In this document: one piece after another, positions 50,821 to 63,541 of the stretch
How the letters are laid out: every line of letters starts with the position of its first letter
Numbering within the stretch: the stretch's first letter is position 1
Source of the DNA: Squalus acanthias
Lineage: Eukaryota
Direction of reading: 5' to 3'
Length of the DNA: 64,000 bases
Assembly: GCA_030390025.1 (NCBI GenBank)
Contig: CM059438.1
Span: 68,264,001 to 68,328,000 of the forward strand
Position numbers and translations under genes: made by a program
The notes under the pieces: generated by a model
What the model saw: the letters and a program-made list of their open reading frames with translations, nothing else
The model's database searches: none
Told to the model about the DNA's origin: nothing

Positions 50821-51694
50821 GGGGGAGAAATTCGGTATTGCCCCGTTTGGGGTGCAATTATCGGTCGGGTGCAAAGTTTAGCGCCTGGCGCTAATTATCA
50901 CCTCTGACTGCAAACTTGGCTTCTATCGCCCCTGGAGGTGATTGGAGCGCTAAATCAGGCGCTACACACCTCTCTTAAGGAGCTAATGCCGAGGAGCGAG
51001 GCGCTACCTCAGAGCGCTGGCGAAGCTCATGTGATGTCAGTCAACAATGGAACACATACACACTGGCGCCGGCCAGTTCTTAAAGGGGAGGCTCGATCTT
51101 GCTCTCCATCCACAGCCTGCTCATTGCAGCCTTGAATCTTGGCCTGGAGAGACCTGTACATCAAATCTGCTGGAAAGAACAATGGAGAGGTCCCAGGGAA
51201 AGAGCTCAGAGTGCAGCCCCCAAAGTCTCTTCAAAATTGATGCAAGGAAGGTCAAATCAAAATGAACCTGCAAAGTGCTGCTCAGTACCCAAAACTCCTT
51301 CACACAGCATTGAATCTCTCCAGAAGTCTCTCTCTCTCTCTCAGAATGCGTGGTGCAAAAATGTCGCTGACAAAAAAAGGCAGGAAGCGGTCACCTTTAA
51401 ATAGCGCTCCCCCAGTCCCTTCCTGACTGCAAAACGCTCCCCTCAACCTGTTGTTGCTAGCGGCAGGCGGTAAGGCAGGGGGCGCCACTCAATATCCGGT
51501 CCGGGGCACTACCAGGGCGTTGCACGCTCGACTAACGTCACGATCTGTGGGCGCAGGAGATCATGGCGGTAGTATTTAGCGCTGCCACAAAATGTCTGGT
51601 CAATTTCACGGCAACACAAACATCGCCGCGCCCGGGCGCTAGTTGCTTTGCGCCCCAGCTAACGGGAGGCGCAAAGCAACCGAATTTTTCCCCC
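50821..51694 (+). mobile_element. Non-autonomous Harbinger related to family A
   Basis: TIRs gggggagaaattcggt / accgaatttttccccc; flanks aaa/aat; both arms align by eye to the ends of 13543-17727. Confidence 0.9.
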
Positions 51695-53399
51695 AATGAA
51701 TTTAACTCCACCCTAATTAGAAAATGAAAGGAATTTCAGGAATCCAAATGTCTTGAATTTAGATTGTGATTTATGCATGGCGTTGTTTTATGTTAATTGG
51801 GTGTTAATCAAATCCCATTAGCACTGCATGTCTACTGTGTTCAAATTACATGAATATATTTAGCGCCAAGAGACAAAACAAAATCGAAGTATCATTAACA
51901 CTTTAGGATGCTGGAGTTTAGTTCTCAATCAGTGCAGCGTCATTCACAACTGTTAAATGGGTTGTTGCACTGTGGATTTACAAGTTTCAAATATCTAGTT
52001 TCATCTTGAATATTTATCATATTCTGGCACCGGGCACAGTCCAACAGTCAAGTGATTGAGCACTTGCCACCCCTGACCTGATTGCTGTGAGATTGAGCCC
52101 TGGGGCTACTTGTCACTTAGTTCAGCCTCACTCAACTCTTGTCAGTTCCTCCTGGCTCATCCTGGAGCAATCTACAGCCCAGGCCTTCCCATCTGGAGTT
52201 CATTTCACTGGTGCCAATTGGCCATGAAGAGAAATTAAAGAAGTCAGAAATGTTTTGATTTTGACTAACAGTCTCTTTTTTCCACTCTACTTATTGCGAC
52301 TTTGTGAAATTTCTCTGGCAAATATTTGATCACGCAACACTGGGAAATGCAATGACACATGGTCTTTGTTTTATCGCAAATTATATAGACATTAATGAAG
52401 CAGTTTACACAGACTATATCTAAAGTTGTTACCAGAGCCTGTGCTCCACATTCTCTTAACAACCTGTCCCAGCCTTAGAAAAAATCCACACAGCTTTACT
52501 TAAAAGAAAGTTAATTTTCCATTTATGGTGCAATCCTTACGAGCTTGTGAGAGATGGTCACTGTAATCTTTTCTTGCTCAGGACATTATTTCCGTTACAG
52601 ATCTAAGACCACATATTACTTTATTGGAAAGGCTGTATCAGGAAACGTGATTTTTATTCCTAGCATATTGAACTGCCTGAATCCGTAGCCTTCTCTGGAT
52701 TACTTTGTCATCAGAAAGATGACTATTTGAAGGGACATTTTTTTAGTGAGGTCAAACTGGATCAAAAGAAATGTGCCTTTCCTGAAGATGTAGTCCTGTT
52801 TTGTAGCTTTGATAATGATGGAGTCTGTTTCTCGTGGAGTGCTCTGAACAAATTTCACCGACTGAAATGCATAATCTTGCTTGGGGGTCACTTATTCCTT
52901 TATCTTCACCGCAGCACTAAGAGGACACTAAATGGGCCTCAAATCTGTGGACGTGAGATGATTCAAATGACTTTTTCGCTGAAGTAAAGGCAACAAATAG
53001 GTTTCTGTTTCACACAGTCAGATAAAGGATAATGAACAGTCATCAATATATTGAAAATCTTAATTCACTGTTTAAAGTGTGTGTCAAAGTTAAAGGGCAT
53101 GCAGCTTAAACAGGTCACAACAAATTATGTCTCCGTCAATCTTTATATTGCATGAGTGCCTTATCATTCTGAAACTTTTCTCTTACTTTATAACAAACAT
53201 CTCATTAAAAGTGTGTGTAATGCTCATGAATGTTTTAACTAACAAGTCTTTTAACAGCTTTGAATAATAAAGTGGCTTTAGTAAACCACATACGAGGTTA
53301 GGGATGATTAACAAGACCTGAATTATGAGTCCAAGTCTGGGCCATTAGATAAGAGATTATAAATTTGAAATTGGCTCAATATAAAGAGCATAAATGGTG

Positions 53400-54025
53400 G
53401 GATGCACGCGTAAGTCATGAGAGGACAAGTTGCTAAAGCGGTAACAAAACATATAGGATCCTAGGTTTTATAAATAGGGGCATACAAAAAAGAAAAAAGA
53501 GGTAATGTTTAACCTATTGATCATTGATTGGTCTGCAGTTGGAATTGTGTCCAGTTTTGGACATCTGAATTTCAGAGGGATGTGAAGGTCATGGAAAGGG
53601 TGCCGAAGAGCTTTGCAGAGATGATACTAGGGATGAGAGGCTTTAGTTATGAGGAGACACTAGGGAAACTGGGGCTGTTATTATTAGGATAAAGAAGATT
53701 AAGGGTTTCGATAAGGTTAATCAGCAACAAATTATTTTCACTGGTCGCTGAGTAGGCCACCTAGAGAGAATAAGGAACAAAGTGGGAGATTAGGAGACAT
53801 CCTTTTAAAGAGCGGATACTTGGACCATGGATGTTTTATCAGAAACAGTGGTAGAAGCAGAAACCATAATAGCTTTTAAAAGGGAAGTGGATAAATATTT
53901 AAAAAAGAAAAGAAAGACCAAAACATGGCAAAAGAGCAGGGAAGTGGGATTAAGTGGCTAAATCTTTCAAAGCGTCAACTAAAGCACAATGAGCCTCCTC
54001 TTGTGCTGCAAAATACTATGATTAT
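53400..54025 (+). mobile_element. Ancient CR1 3' fragment
   Basis: Degenerate tgtgtccagttttgg...gggatgagaggctttagttatgaggaga. Confidence 0.65.
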
Positions 54026-54624
54026 ATTATCTGTCGTGCTCATGCAGGAGTGGCCCTTAGTCCCTCACGGACTGTCGGTTTTGTGGGGTCCCCGGTGGCT
54101 GGCCAAAGATAAATGCAAGGTTTTAATTTTTGTTGGACGACCCCCCCGCCCCCGATGATCTAAAAGCCTTGGAGTCTTCTGGCTACTGATTCTCAGCAGA
54201 GACTACCAGGTCCCAGTGACCGCCGCCAGGAATGCAGCAGCAGGCCGAAGCGTCCAGCCGTTGGGCAACGATTCCCTGGCTGATGCTCAGGTACGAGGCC
54301 TAGCCGTGGGGCAGGCCTGTGCCTGGAGTGTGCATGTTCCATGCAGATGGCCCAGGGCAGGAACCACATGGGCTGCCGCTTCAGTATAGTTACACCACAA
54401 CTCAGGTGAACTGCACTGTCAAGCAGTCAGCGGGAGCTCCTGGAGGAAAATCCACCCAAATAGTCTAATTGCGGCCGAAGCAATTATTTGTATTGTTTAA
54501 CACTACCTCTTTGCTTTTGTACTCTATGTCCCTATTTATACAATCTGGGATCACATGTGTTTTTTTTTTGTAGCTTCATCAACTTGTCCTCTCACTTTTA
54601 AATCATTTTCTATCCCAACCCTTA

Positions 54625-55235
54625 ACAACAACAACAACTTGTATTTATATAGCACCTTTAACGTAGTAAAACGGCCCAAGGCGCTTCACAGGATCATTAC
54701 CTGACAAAATTTGGCACCGAGCCACATAAGGAGGTAAACATAGAAACATAGAAACATAGAAACTAGGAGCAGGAGTAGGCCATTCGGCCCGTCGAGCCTG
54801 CTCCACCATTCAATACGATCATGGCTGATCATCCAAATCCAGTACCCTGTCCCTGCCCCCTCACACAGAATCCCCATCGAGCCTGCACCGACACATATCC
54901 CACCCTATCCCCGTAACCCCACGTATTTAATTCCCCCTAACATATCCCATCCTATCCCTGTAACCCCACATATTTAATCCCCCCCTAACACTAAGGGTCA
55001 ATTTATCATAGCCAAATCACCTAACCCGCACATTTTTGGACTTAGGGTAGACGGAGGTAGATTTTAAGAAGCGCCTTTAAGAAGGAAAGAGAGGTAGAGA
55101 GGTGGAGAGGTTTAGGGAGAGAATTCCACAGCTTAGGGCCAAGGCAGCTGATGGCACAGCCGCCAATGGTGGAGCGATTTAAAATCGGGGATGCTCCAGA
55201 GGCCAGAATTGAAGGAGCGCTGAGATCTCAAAGGC
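54625..55235 (-). mobile_element. L2-type LINE 3' end interrupted by a SINE
   Basis: (aac)n tail at 54625; resumes at about 55052, matching 36450-36635. Confidence 0.82.
54737..55042 (-). mobile_element. HE1-like V-SINE, 5'-truncated
   Basis: V-domain-like agtccaaaaatgtgcgggttaggtgatttggctatgataaattgaccc plus a CR1-derived tail (tttctatg)3. Confidence 0.75.
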
Positions 55236-55237
55236 TT

Positions 55238-57509
55238 CGACATGGTTTTATGAAAGGGAAATAGTGTTTAACAAATTTATGAGTAGGGATAAACGGGTCA
55301 TTTTCAGGTTGGCAGGCTGTTACTAGTGGGGTGCCGCAAGGATCAGTGCTGGGGCCTCAGCTATTTACAATCTATATTAATGATTTAGTTGAAGGGACCG
55401 AGTGTAATGTAGCCAAGTTTTCTGACTGTACAAAGCGAGGTGGGAAAGTAAGCTGTGAGGAGGACACAAAGAGCCTACAAAGGGATATAGACAGGTTAAG
55501 TGATTGGGCAATAAGGTGGCAGATGGAGTATAATGTGGGGAAATGTAAGGTTATTCACTTTGTTAAAAAGAATAGAAAAACAGAATATTTTTTAAATGGT
55601 GAGAAACTATAAAATGTTGGTGTTCAGAGAGATTTAGGTGTCCTCGTACAGGAAACACAGAGGGCTGAATTTTCCGTGGTGGTAACGGAACCCGCTGTCA
55701 ACTTGCTCCCACCCGCATTTCCAACAGGCGCATCTGTCAGCGTGGAACTGACCCAATCTGTAGCGGCGGGGAACCCAATTGAAATCATTGAGGTACTTTA
55801 CAGGCACTTAAGAGCCTTTTCCCCCCTATTTTTTAAATTTCCCTGCATGGACACGGGATTCACACAGCTCGGGAACCACGTCTGTCAACCTGAGGCGGGA
55901 GTTCCGTGGCCATTGCACCAGCTGATTACTGGACAGCATGAAAAACAAACCAAAATAAAAACATGTTGGTTACATCAGCTAACAGATTGATGGAGATTCT
56001 GTTCTACTGGAAAAGCTACTGGCAAATGTTATTTTTTCAGTGGCCATTCTCAGCTGTTGCCTTCCAACTCAACAGTAATTGCAGTGAATTGATCTGCACT
56101 ATAAAAAATGACATATACCATTTAAATAAATTGCTGTGTTGTTTCGGGTCAGGTTTTTCTCACAGTATACTGTGATTGTCCAGTTACACATTAAATCAAG
56201 TCATCAACTGTAACAATTTCATTCTCATCACTCATCCCATTGGTTCAATTTGCTTTCAGTCCCTGAATATGACTAATGTAATTTTTCAGTCTGAGACTTT
56301 AGGGTGAATTTCTGTGGAGGTTCTTTCACTTGTCCATTGTTAACTTCAACGGAAGAGCTGCAGATATCCCAGAAACACATTGTAAGCACCATTACACTGT
56401 TTGTCAGAGATTCCGCAGCTCTTCCGCTGAAGTTGCAGGAGATTGTAAATCTATCCCTTTACAATTACACTTAAAATCTGCTTAATTTTATGTATTACTT
56501 ATATGCACACATTTTTATTTATATCAGTTACTGATACAAAAGTCTATAGATTTGTGACTATATCACCAATAACTTCCCAATTAATGTACTTTTTATTATG
56601 TTCATGATCGTATTTGTAGATGGAGTCATATTACTTAATAATTTTATTTAAATATTTCTTTGTCACTCATATATAACTTTTATTAAATGATTATACAGTA
56701 AAGATGCAACACCCACTATGTTAGATTGAACTTAAAATTTAATGTGGCCAGGGTCCCTTTAAGAATCCCGGCTTAAAACGTGTCATGAGTGATGTCACCC
56801 AACCCGCTCCATCTAATTGGGCTGGGTAACGTGCTGGGCGGGCTTAATAGGCCCCATTAAGGTAAGTTAATTCGCTACAGCGGGATGGAGCCAGCAGCAG
56901 GGTCATGACCCGCCATGGACACCGGCTGCACCAGACCCACCAAGGTAAGGAAAATTCTGGCCAGAGATTTAGCATGCAGGTACAGCAAACAATTAGGAAG
57001 GCAAATGGCATGTTGGCCTTTATTGCAAAGGAGTTGGAGTAGAAGAGTAAGGAAGTCTTGTTACAATTGTACAGGGCTTTGGTGAGACCACACCTGGATT
57101 ACTGTGCACAGTTTTGGTCTCCTTATCTAAGGAAGGATATACTTGCCTTAGAGGAGGTGCAATAAAGGTTCACTAGATTGATCCCTGAGATGAGAGGGTT
57201 ATCCGATGAGGAGAGATTGCGTAGATTGGGCCGATACTCCCTGGAGTTTAGAAGAATGAGAGGTGATCTCATTGAAACGTATAAGATTCTGAGGAGGATT
57301 GACAGGATAGATGCTGAGAGGCTGTTTTCCCCTGGCTGGAGAGTCTAGAACTTGGGGGCATACTCTCAGGATAAGGGGTCGGCCATTTAAGACTGAGATG
57401 ACTTTCTTCACTCGGAGAGTTGTGAATCTTTGGAATTCTCTACCCAAAAGGGCTGTGGATTCTGAATCATTGAGTATATTAAAGGCCAAGACAGATAGAT
57501 TTTTGGACA
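55238..57509 (+). mobile_element. CR1 RT fragment interrupted by a MITE
   Basis: PQGSVLGPQLF...; sequence continues after 56962 and is cut at its 3' end by the next LINE. Confidence 0.9.
55662..56962. mobile_element. Non-autonomous Harbinger-type element with AT-rich cargo
   Basis: TIRs gggctgaattttcc / ggaaaattctggcc; TSD AGA; subterminal aacccgctgtcaa shared with family B. Confidence 0.88.
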
Positions 57510-59340
57510 TTTTAAAAATTCTTTCATGGGATGTGGGCGTCGCTGGCAAGGCCAGCATTTATTGCCCATCCCTAATTGCCCTTGAGAAGGTGGTGGTGAG
57601 CCATCTTCTTGAATCGCTGCAGTGCATGTGGTGAAGGTACTCCCACAGTGCTGTTAGGTAGGGAGTTCCAGGATTTTGACCCAGCGACGATGAAGGAACG
57701 GCGATATACATCCAAGTCAGGATGGTGTGTGACTTGGAGGGGAGCTTGGAGGTGATGGTGTTCCCATGCGCCTGCTGCCCTTGTCCTTCTAGGTGGAATA
57801 GGTCACGGGTTTGGGAGGTGCTGCCAAAGATGTCTTGGCGAGTTGCTGCAGTGCATCTTGTAGATGGTACACACTGCAACCACGGTACGCCGGTGGCGGA
57901 GGGAGTGAATGTTTAAGATGGTGGATGGGGTGCCAATCAAGCGGGCTGCTTTGTCCTGGATGGTGTCGAGCTTCTTGAGTGTTGTTGGAGCTGCACTCAT
58001 CCAGGCAAGTGGAGAGTATTCCATCACACTCCTTACTTGTACCTTGTAGATGGTGGAAAGGCTTTAGGGAGTCAGGAGGTGAGACACTCACCGCAGAATA
58101 CCTAGCCTCTGACCTGCTCTTGTTGCCACAGTATTTATGTGACTGGTCCAGTTAAGTTTCTGGTCAATGGTGCCCCCCAGGATGTTGATGGTGGGGGAAT
58201 TCAACAATGGTGAAGCCATTGAATATCAAGGGGCGATGGTTAGACTCTCGCTTGTTGGAGATATTTATTGCCTGGCACTTCTGTGCCGCGAATGTTACCT
58301 GCCACTTATCAGCCCAAGCCTGAACGTCATCCAGGTCTTGTTGCATGCGGGCATGGACTGCTTCATTATCTGAAGAGTTGTGAATGGCACTGAACACTGT
58401 GCAGTCATCAGCGACCATCCCCATTTCTGACCTTATGTTGGAGGGAAGGTCATTGATGAAGCAGCTGAAGCTGGTTGGGACTAGGACACTGCCCTGAGGA
58501 ACTCCTGCAGCGATGTCCTGGGGCTATGATTATTAACCTCCAACCGCCACAACCATCTTTCTTTGTGCTAGGTATGACTCCAGCCAGTGGAGAGTTTTCC
58601 CCCTGATTCCCATTGACTTCAGTTTTACTAGGGCTCCTTGATGCCACACTTGGTCAAATGCTGCCTTGATGTCAAGGGCAGTCACTCTCACCTCACCTCT
58701 GGAATTCAGCTCCTTCGTCCATGTTTGGACCAAGGCTGTAATGAGGTCGGGAGCCGAGTGGTCCTGGCGGAACCCAAACTGGGCATCAGTGAGCAAGTTA
58801 TTGGTGAGTAAGTGCCGCTTGATAACACTGTCAATGACACATTCCATCACTTTGCTGATGATTGAGAGTAGACTGATGGGGCGGTAATTGACCGGATTGG
58901 ATTTGTCCTGCTTTTTGTGGACAGGACATACCTGGGCAGTTTTCCACATTGGCGGATAGATGCCAGCATTGTAGCTGTACTGGAACAGCTTTGCTAGAGG
59001 CAGGGCTAGTTCTGGAGCACAAGTCTTTAGCACAACAGTCGGGATGTTGTCGGGGCCCATAGCCTTTGCTGTATCCAGTGCACTCAGCCGTTTCTTGATA
59101 TCACGTGGTGTGAATCGAATTGGCTGAAGACTGGCTTCTGTGATGGTGGGAACCTCAGGAGGAGGCCGATATGGATCATCCACTCGGCACTTCTGGCTGA
59201 AGATGGTTGCAAACGCTTCAGCCTTGTCTTTTGCACTCATGTGCTGGGCTCCACCATCATTGAGGATGGGGATATTCATGGAACCTCCTCCTCCCATTAG
59301 TTGTTTAATGGTCCACCACCATTCACGACTGGATGTGGCA
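57510..59340 (-). mobile_element. Second LINE family, RT region to 3' tail
   Basis: KAMGPDNIP, NYRPISLLSIISK, QFGFR, LDIKAAFD, ADDCT; frameshifted. Confidence 0.92.
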
Positions 59341-59349
59341 GAAATTTTG

Positions 59350-59925
59350 TGTCGGGGGCTGAAGACAATTGGATGAGATTGCTGCTCTTCCAGGACTGGA
59401 TGTCAAATAATCATGCTGTCAAGACAGATGGAGTGGAGGGGTTGAGAGAGGTGGTGGCGGGGTTGAGACAGGTGTTGGAGGGGTTGAGAGAGGTGGTGGG
59501 GTAGAGAGAGGTGGTGGTGGGGTTGAGAGAGCTGGTGGTGGGGTTGAGAGAGGTGGTGGTGGGGTTGAGAGAGGTGGTGGAGGGGTTGAGAGAGATGGTG
59601 GTGGAGGGGTTGAGAGAGGTGGTGGTGGGGTTGAGAGAGGTGGTGGAGGGGTTGAGAGAGATGGTGGTGGAGGGGTTGAGAGAGGTGGTGGTGGGGTTGA
59701 GAGAGGTGGTGGTGGGGTTGAGAGAGGTGGTGGCGGTGTTGAGAGAGGTGGTGGTGGGGTTGAGAGAGGTGGTGGAGGGGTTGAGACAGGTGGTGGTGGG
59801 GTTGAGAGAGGTGGTGGTGGGGTTGAGAGAGGTGGTGGTGGGGTAGAGCTGGTAGAGTTGGGTTTCGTCAGTGTACAAATGGAAGCTGATATCTGGTCTA
59901 CGGATAATGTCTGTATATGGAAAGT
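59350..59925 (-). mobile_element. L2 RT fragment with an internal minisatellite
   Basis: SFHLYTDETQLY (degenerate YADDTQLY) directly adjacent to the repeat. Confidence 0.7.
59432..59843. repeat. 21-bp minisatellite (ggggttgagagaggtggtggt), about 19 units
   Basis: Directly visible tandem array with 18- and 24-bp variants. Confidence 0.95.
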
Positions 59926-60295
59926 GCATTTATGAGCCGTAGATAGTTTTTGCAATGTATGCCAGTTGGATTGAAGCATCTATTTGCAATGCCTATTTCA
60001 TTCTGCTCTGGTAATTCAGGCAGTTATAGACCAGTCATTCATATGGCAATAGGTATATCCTATCTTGCAACACTTTGAAGTGAGTCAGGAGTGATGAACA
60101 CCAATTAATTGGCTGCAGAAGCAACACTTTTTTTTTAATGATACAAAAAAATCCATGTGTGGATAAAATATTCAGTGTTAAAATCTTTTATTTAAAAAGA
60201 CTTAACCAACTACATCCTGTGCCTGGCTGGTTGGGAATGCACTGCTGTCATAGAAAATTGGCTCCTGCCTTGAGTTGCAGGTTGATGAGAATGTT

Positions 60296-63200
60296 TCATA
60301 CGAACATACGAATTAGGAGCAGGAGTAGGCCACTCGGCCCCTTCGAGCCTGCTCCGCCATTCAATACGATCATGGCTGATCTGATTACTCCACATTCCCG
60401 CCTACCCCCAATAACTTTTCACCCCCTTGCTTACCAAGAATCTATCTACCTCTGCTTTAAAAATATTCAAAGACTCTGCTTCCACCACCCTCTGAGGAAG
60501 AGAGTTCCAAAGACTCACGACCCTCTGTGAGAAAGATTTTCTCCTCATCTCTGTCTTAAATGTGCAACCCCTTATTTTTAAACAGTGACCCCTAGTTCTA
60601 GATTCTCCCACAAGAGGAAACATCCTCTACACATCCACCCTGTCCAGACCCCTCAGGATCTTATATGTTTCAATCAAGTCACCTCTTATTCTTCTAAACT
60701 CCAGTGGATACAAACCTAGCCTGTCCAACCTTTCCTCATAAGGCAACCCGCCTATTCCAGGTATTAGTCTAGTAAACCTTCTCTGAACTGCTTCCAATGC
60801 ATTTACATCCTTCCTTAAATAAGGAGACCAATACTGTACACAGTACTCCAGATGTGCTCTCACCAATGCCCTGTATAACTGAAGCATAACCTCCCTACTT
60901 TTGTATCAAGGGATATGGGGAGAAGGCAGGTACAGGGTACTGAGTTTGGATGATCAGCCATGATCTCATCGAATGGCGGAGCAGGCTCGAGGGGCCGAAT
61001 GGCCTACTCCTGCTCCTATCTTCTATGTTTCTATGTTTCTATGTATTCAATTCCCCTCGCAATAAACGATAACATTCTATTAGCTTTCCTAATTACTTGC
61101 TGTACCTGCATAGTAACCTTTTGTGATTCATGCACTAGGACACCCAGATCCCTCTGCATCTCAGAGCTCTGCAATCTCTCACCATTTAGATAATATGCTT
61201 CTTTTTTATTCTTCCTGCCAAAATGGACAACTTCACATTTTCCCACATTATACTCCATTTGCCAGATCTTTGCCCACTCACTTAACTTATCTATATCCCT
61301 TTGTAGCCTCCTTATGTCCTCTTCACAATTTACTTTCCTACCTATCTTTGTGTCATCAGCAAATTTAGCAACCATACCTTCGGTCCCTTCATCCAAGTCA
61401 TTTATATAAATTGTAAAAAGTTGAGGCCCCAGCACTGATCCCTGTGGCACACCACTTGTCACATCTTGCCAGTCAGAAAATGACCCATTTATGCTTACTC
61501 TCTGTTTCCTGTTAGCTAGCCAATCTTCTATCCATGCCAATATGTTACCCCCTACACCATGAGCTTTTATTTTCCGCAATAACCTTTGATGTGGCACCTT
61601 ATCAAATGCCTTCTGGAAATCTAAGTTCAGTACATCCACCGGTTCCCCTTTATCCACAGCACATGTTACTTCCTCAAAGAACTCCAATAAACTGGTTAAA
61701 CATGATTTCCCTTGCACAAAACCATGTTGACTCTGCCTGATTACTTTGAACCTTTCTAAATGCCCTGCTATAACGTCTTTAATAATAGCTTCTAACATCT
61801 TCCCTTTGACAGATGTTAAGCTAACTGGCTTGTAGTTTCCTGCTTTCTGTCTCCCTCCCTTTTTGAATAAAGGAGTTACATTCGCTATTTTCCAATCTAA
61901 TGGAACCTTCCCCGAATCTAGGGAATTTTGGAAAATTAAAACCAACGCATCAACTATCTCACTAGCCACTTCTTTTAAGACCCTAGGATGAAGTCCATCA
62001 GGACCCGGGGACTTGTCAGCCCGCAGCTCCAACAATTTGCTCAGTACCACTTCCCTGATGATTATAATTTTCTTGAGTTCCTCCCTCCCTTCCATTTCCT
62101 GATTTACAGCTATTTCTGGGGTGTTACTTGTATCTTCTATAGTGAAGACCGATGCAAAATACCTGTTCAATTCAACTGCCATCTCCTTATTTTCCATTAT
62201 TAATTCCCCAGACTCACTTTTTATAGGACCAATGCTCACTTTGTTAACTCTTTTCTTTTTTAAATATCTATAGAAACTCTTACTATCTGTTTTTATATTT
62301 CTAGCTAGCTTTTTCTCGTACTCTAATTTTTCTCTCCTTATTAATCTTTTAGTCATTCTTTGCTGTTTTTTATATTCTGTCAAATCTTCTGACCTGCCAC
62401 CCATCTTTGCGCAATTATATGCTTTTTCTTTAAGTTTAATACTATCTTTAACTATTTTAGTTAACCACGGATGGTGGGTCCTCCCCTTGGAATTTTTCTT
62501 TCTTGTTGGACTGTATATATTCTGTGTATTTTGAAATATCCCTTAAATGTTTGCCACTGCAACTCTATTGACCTATCCCTTAACCTACTTTGCCAGTTCA
62601 CTTTAGCTAGCTCTGCTTTCATGCCCTCATAATTGCCCTTATTTAAGTTTAAAATACTAGTCTTGGACCCACTCTTCTCTCTCTCAAACTGAATGTAAAA
62701 TTCAATCATATTATGATCGCTGCTACCTAGGGGCGCCTTCACTATGAGGTCATTAATTAATCCTATCTCGTTGCACAATACCAGGTCCAGTATAGCCTGC
62801 TCTCTGGTTGGCTCCAGAACGTGCTGTTGTAAGAAACTATCCCGAAAACATTCCATGAACTCCTCATCTATGCTACCTTTGCCCATTTGATTTTTGCAGT
62901 CTATATGCAGGTTAAAATCTCCCATGATTATTGCCGTACCCTTCTGACAAGCTCCCATTATTTCTTCCTTTATACTCCATCTTACCATGTGGTTACTGTT
63001 AGGGGGCCTGTACACCACTCCCACAAGTGACTTCTTGCCTTTATTATTTCTCATCTCTACCCAAACCGCTTCTACATCCTGGTTTCCTGAACTTAGGTCA
63101 TCCCTCTCTATTGTGCTAATACCATCATTAATTAACAGTGCCACCCCTCCACCTTTTCCCACCTTCCTGTCCTTCCTAAAAGTCATGTACCCTTCAATAT

Positions 63201-63450
63201 TCAGGTCCCAATCTATGTCATCCTGTAGCCATGTTTCTGTAATGGCTATCAGATTATATTCATTTATTTCTATTTGCGCTATCAGTTCATCTGTTTTGTT
63301 TCGAATGCTACGTGCATTCAGATGCAGAGCCTTTAGTTTTGTCCTTTTATTATTTTTGTAACCTCTAGCCTTATCTGTTGATTTGCTCTTAGATTTGTAC
63401 TCTCTATCCCTTCCTGTCACGGTCTGTTTATCATTTCCCATATTAATACC
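60296..63450 (-). mobile_element. CR1 LINE, near-complete ORF2 (APE 62461-63441, RT 61040-62404) to 3' tail
   Basis: LNARSIRNK, ITETW, GDFNLH, GSSDHN, FADDTK; frameshift at about 62540. Confidence 0.95.
60907..61040 (+). mobile_element. Very short HER1-like CR1 3' tail inserted antisense into a CR1
   Basis: Matches the tail of the 40766 copy; tgtat duplicated on both sides. Confidence 0.88.
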
Positions 63451-63541
63451 TTTCTCTTTCAGTTTCCGTAACTGATTTATGACCTGCTACTTTTGCATCA
63501 GTTCTGAGCCAAAGAAAGAAGTGAGGGAGGTTAGAGACATT

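Noticed and set aside
59411..59979. Pro/Thr-rich mucin- or extensin-like ORFs, or a CRISPR-like array
   Set aside because: These are translations of the minisatellite; there are no unique spacers and the context is eukaryotic
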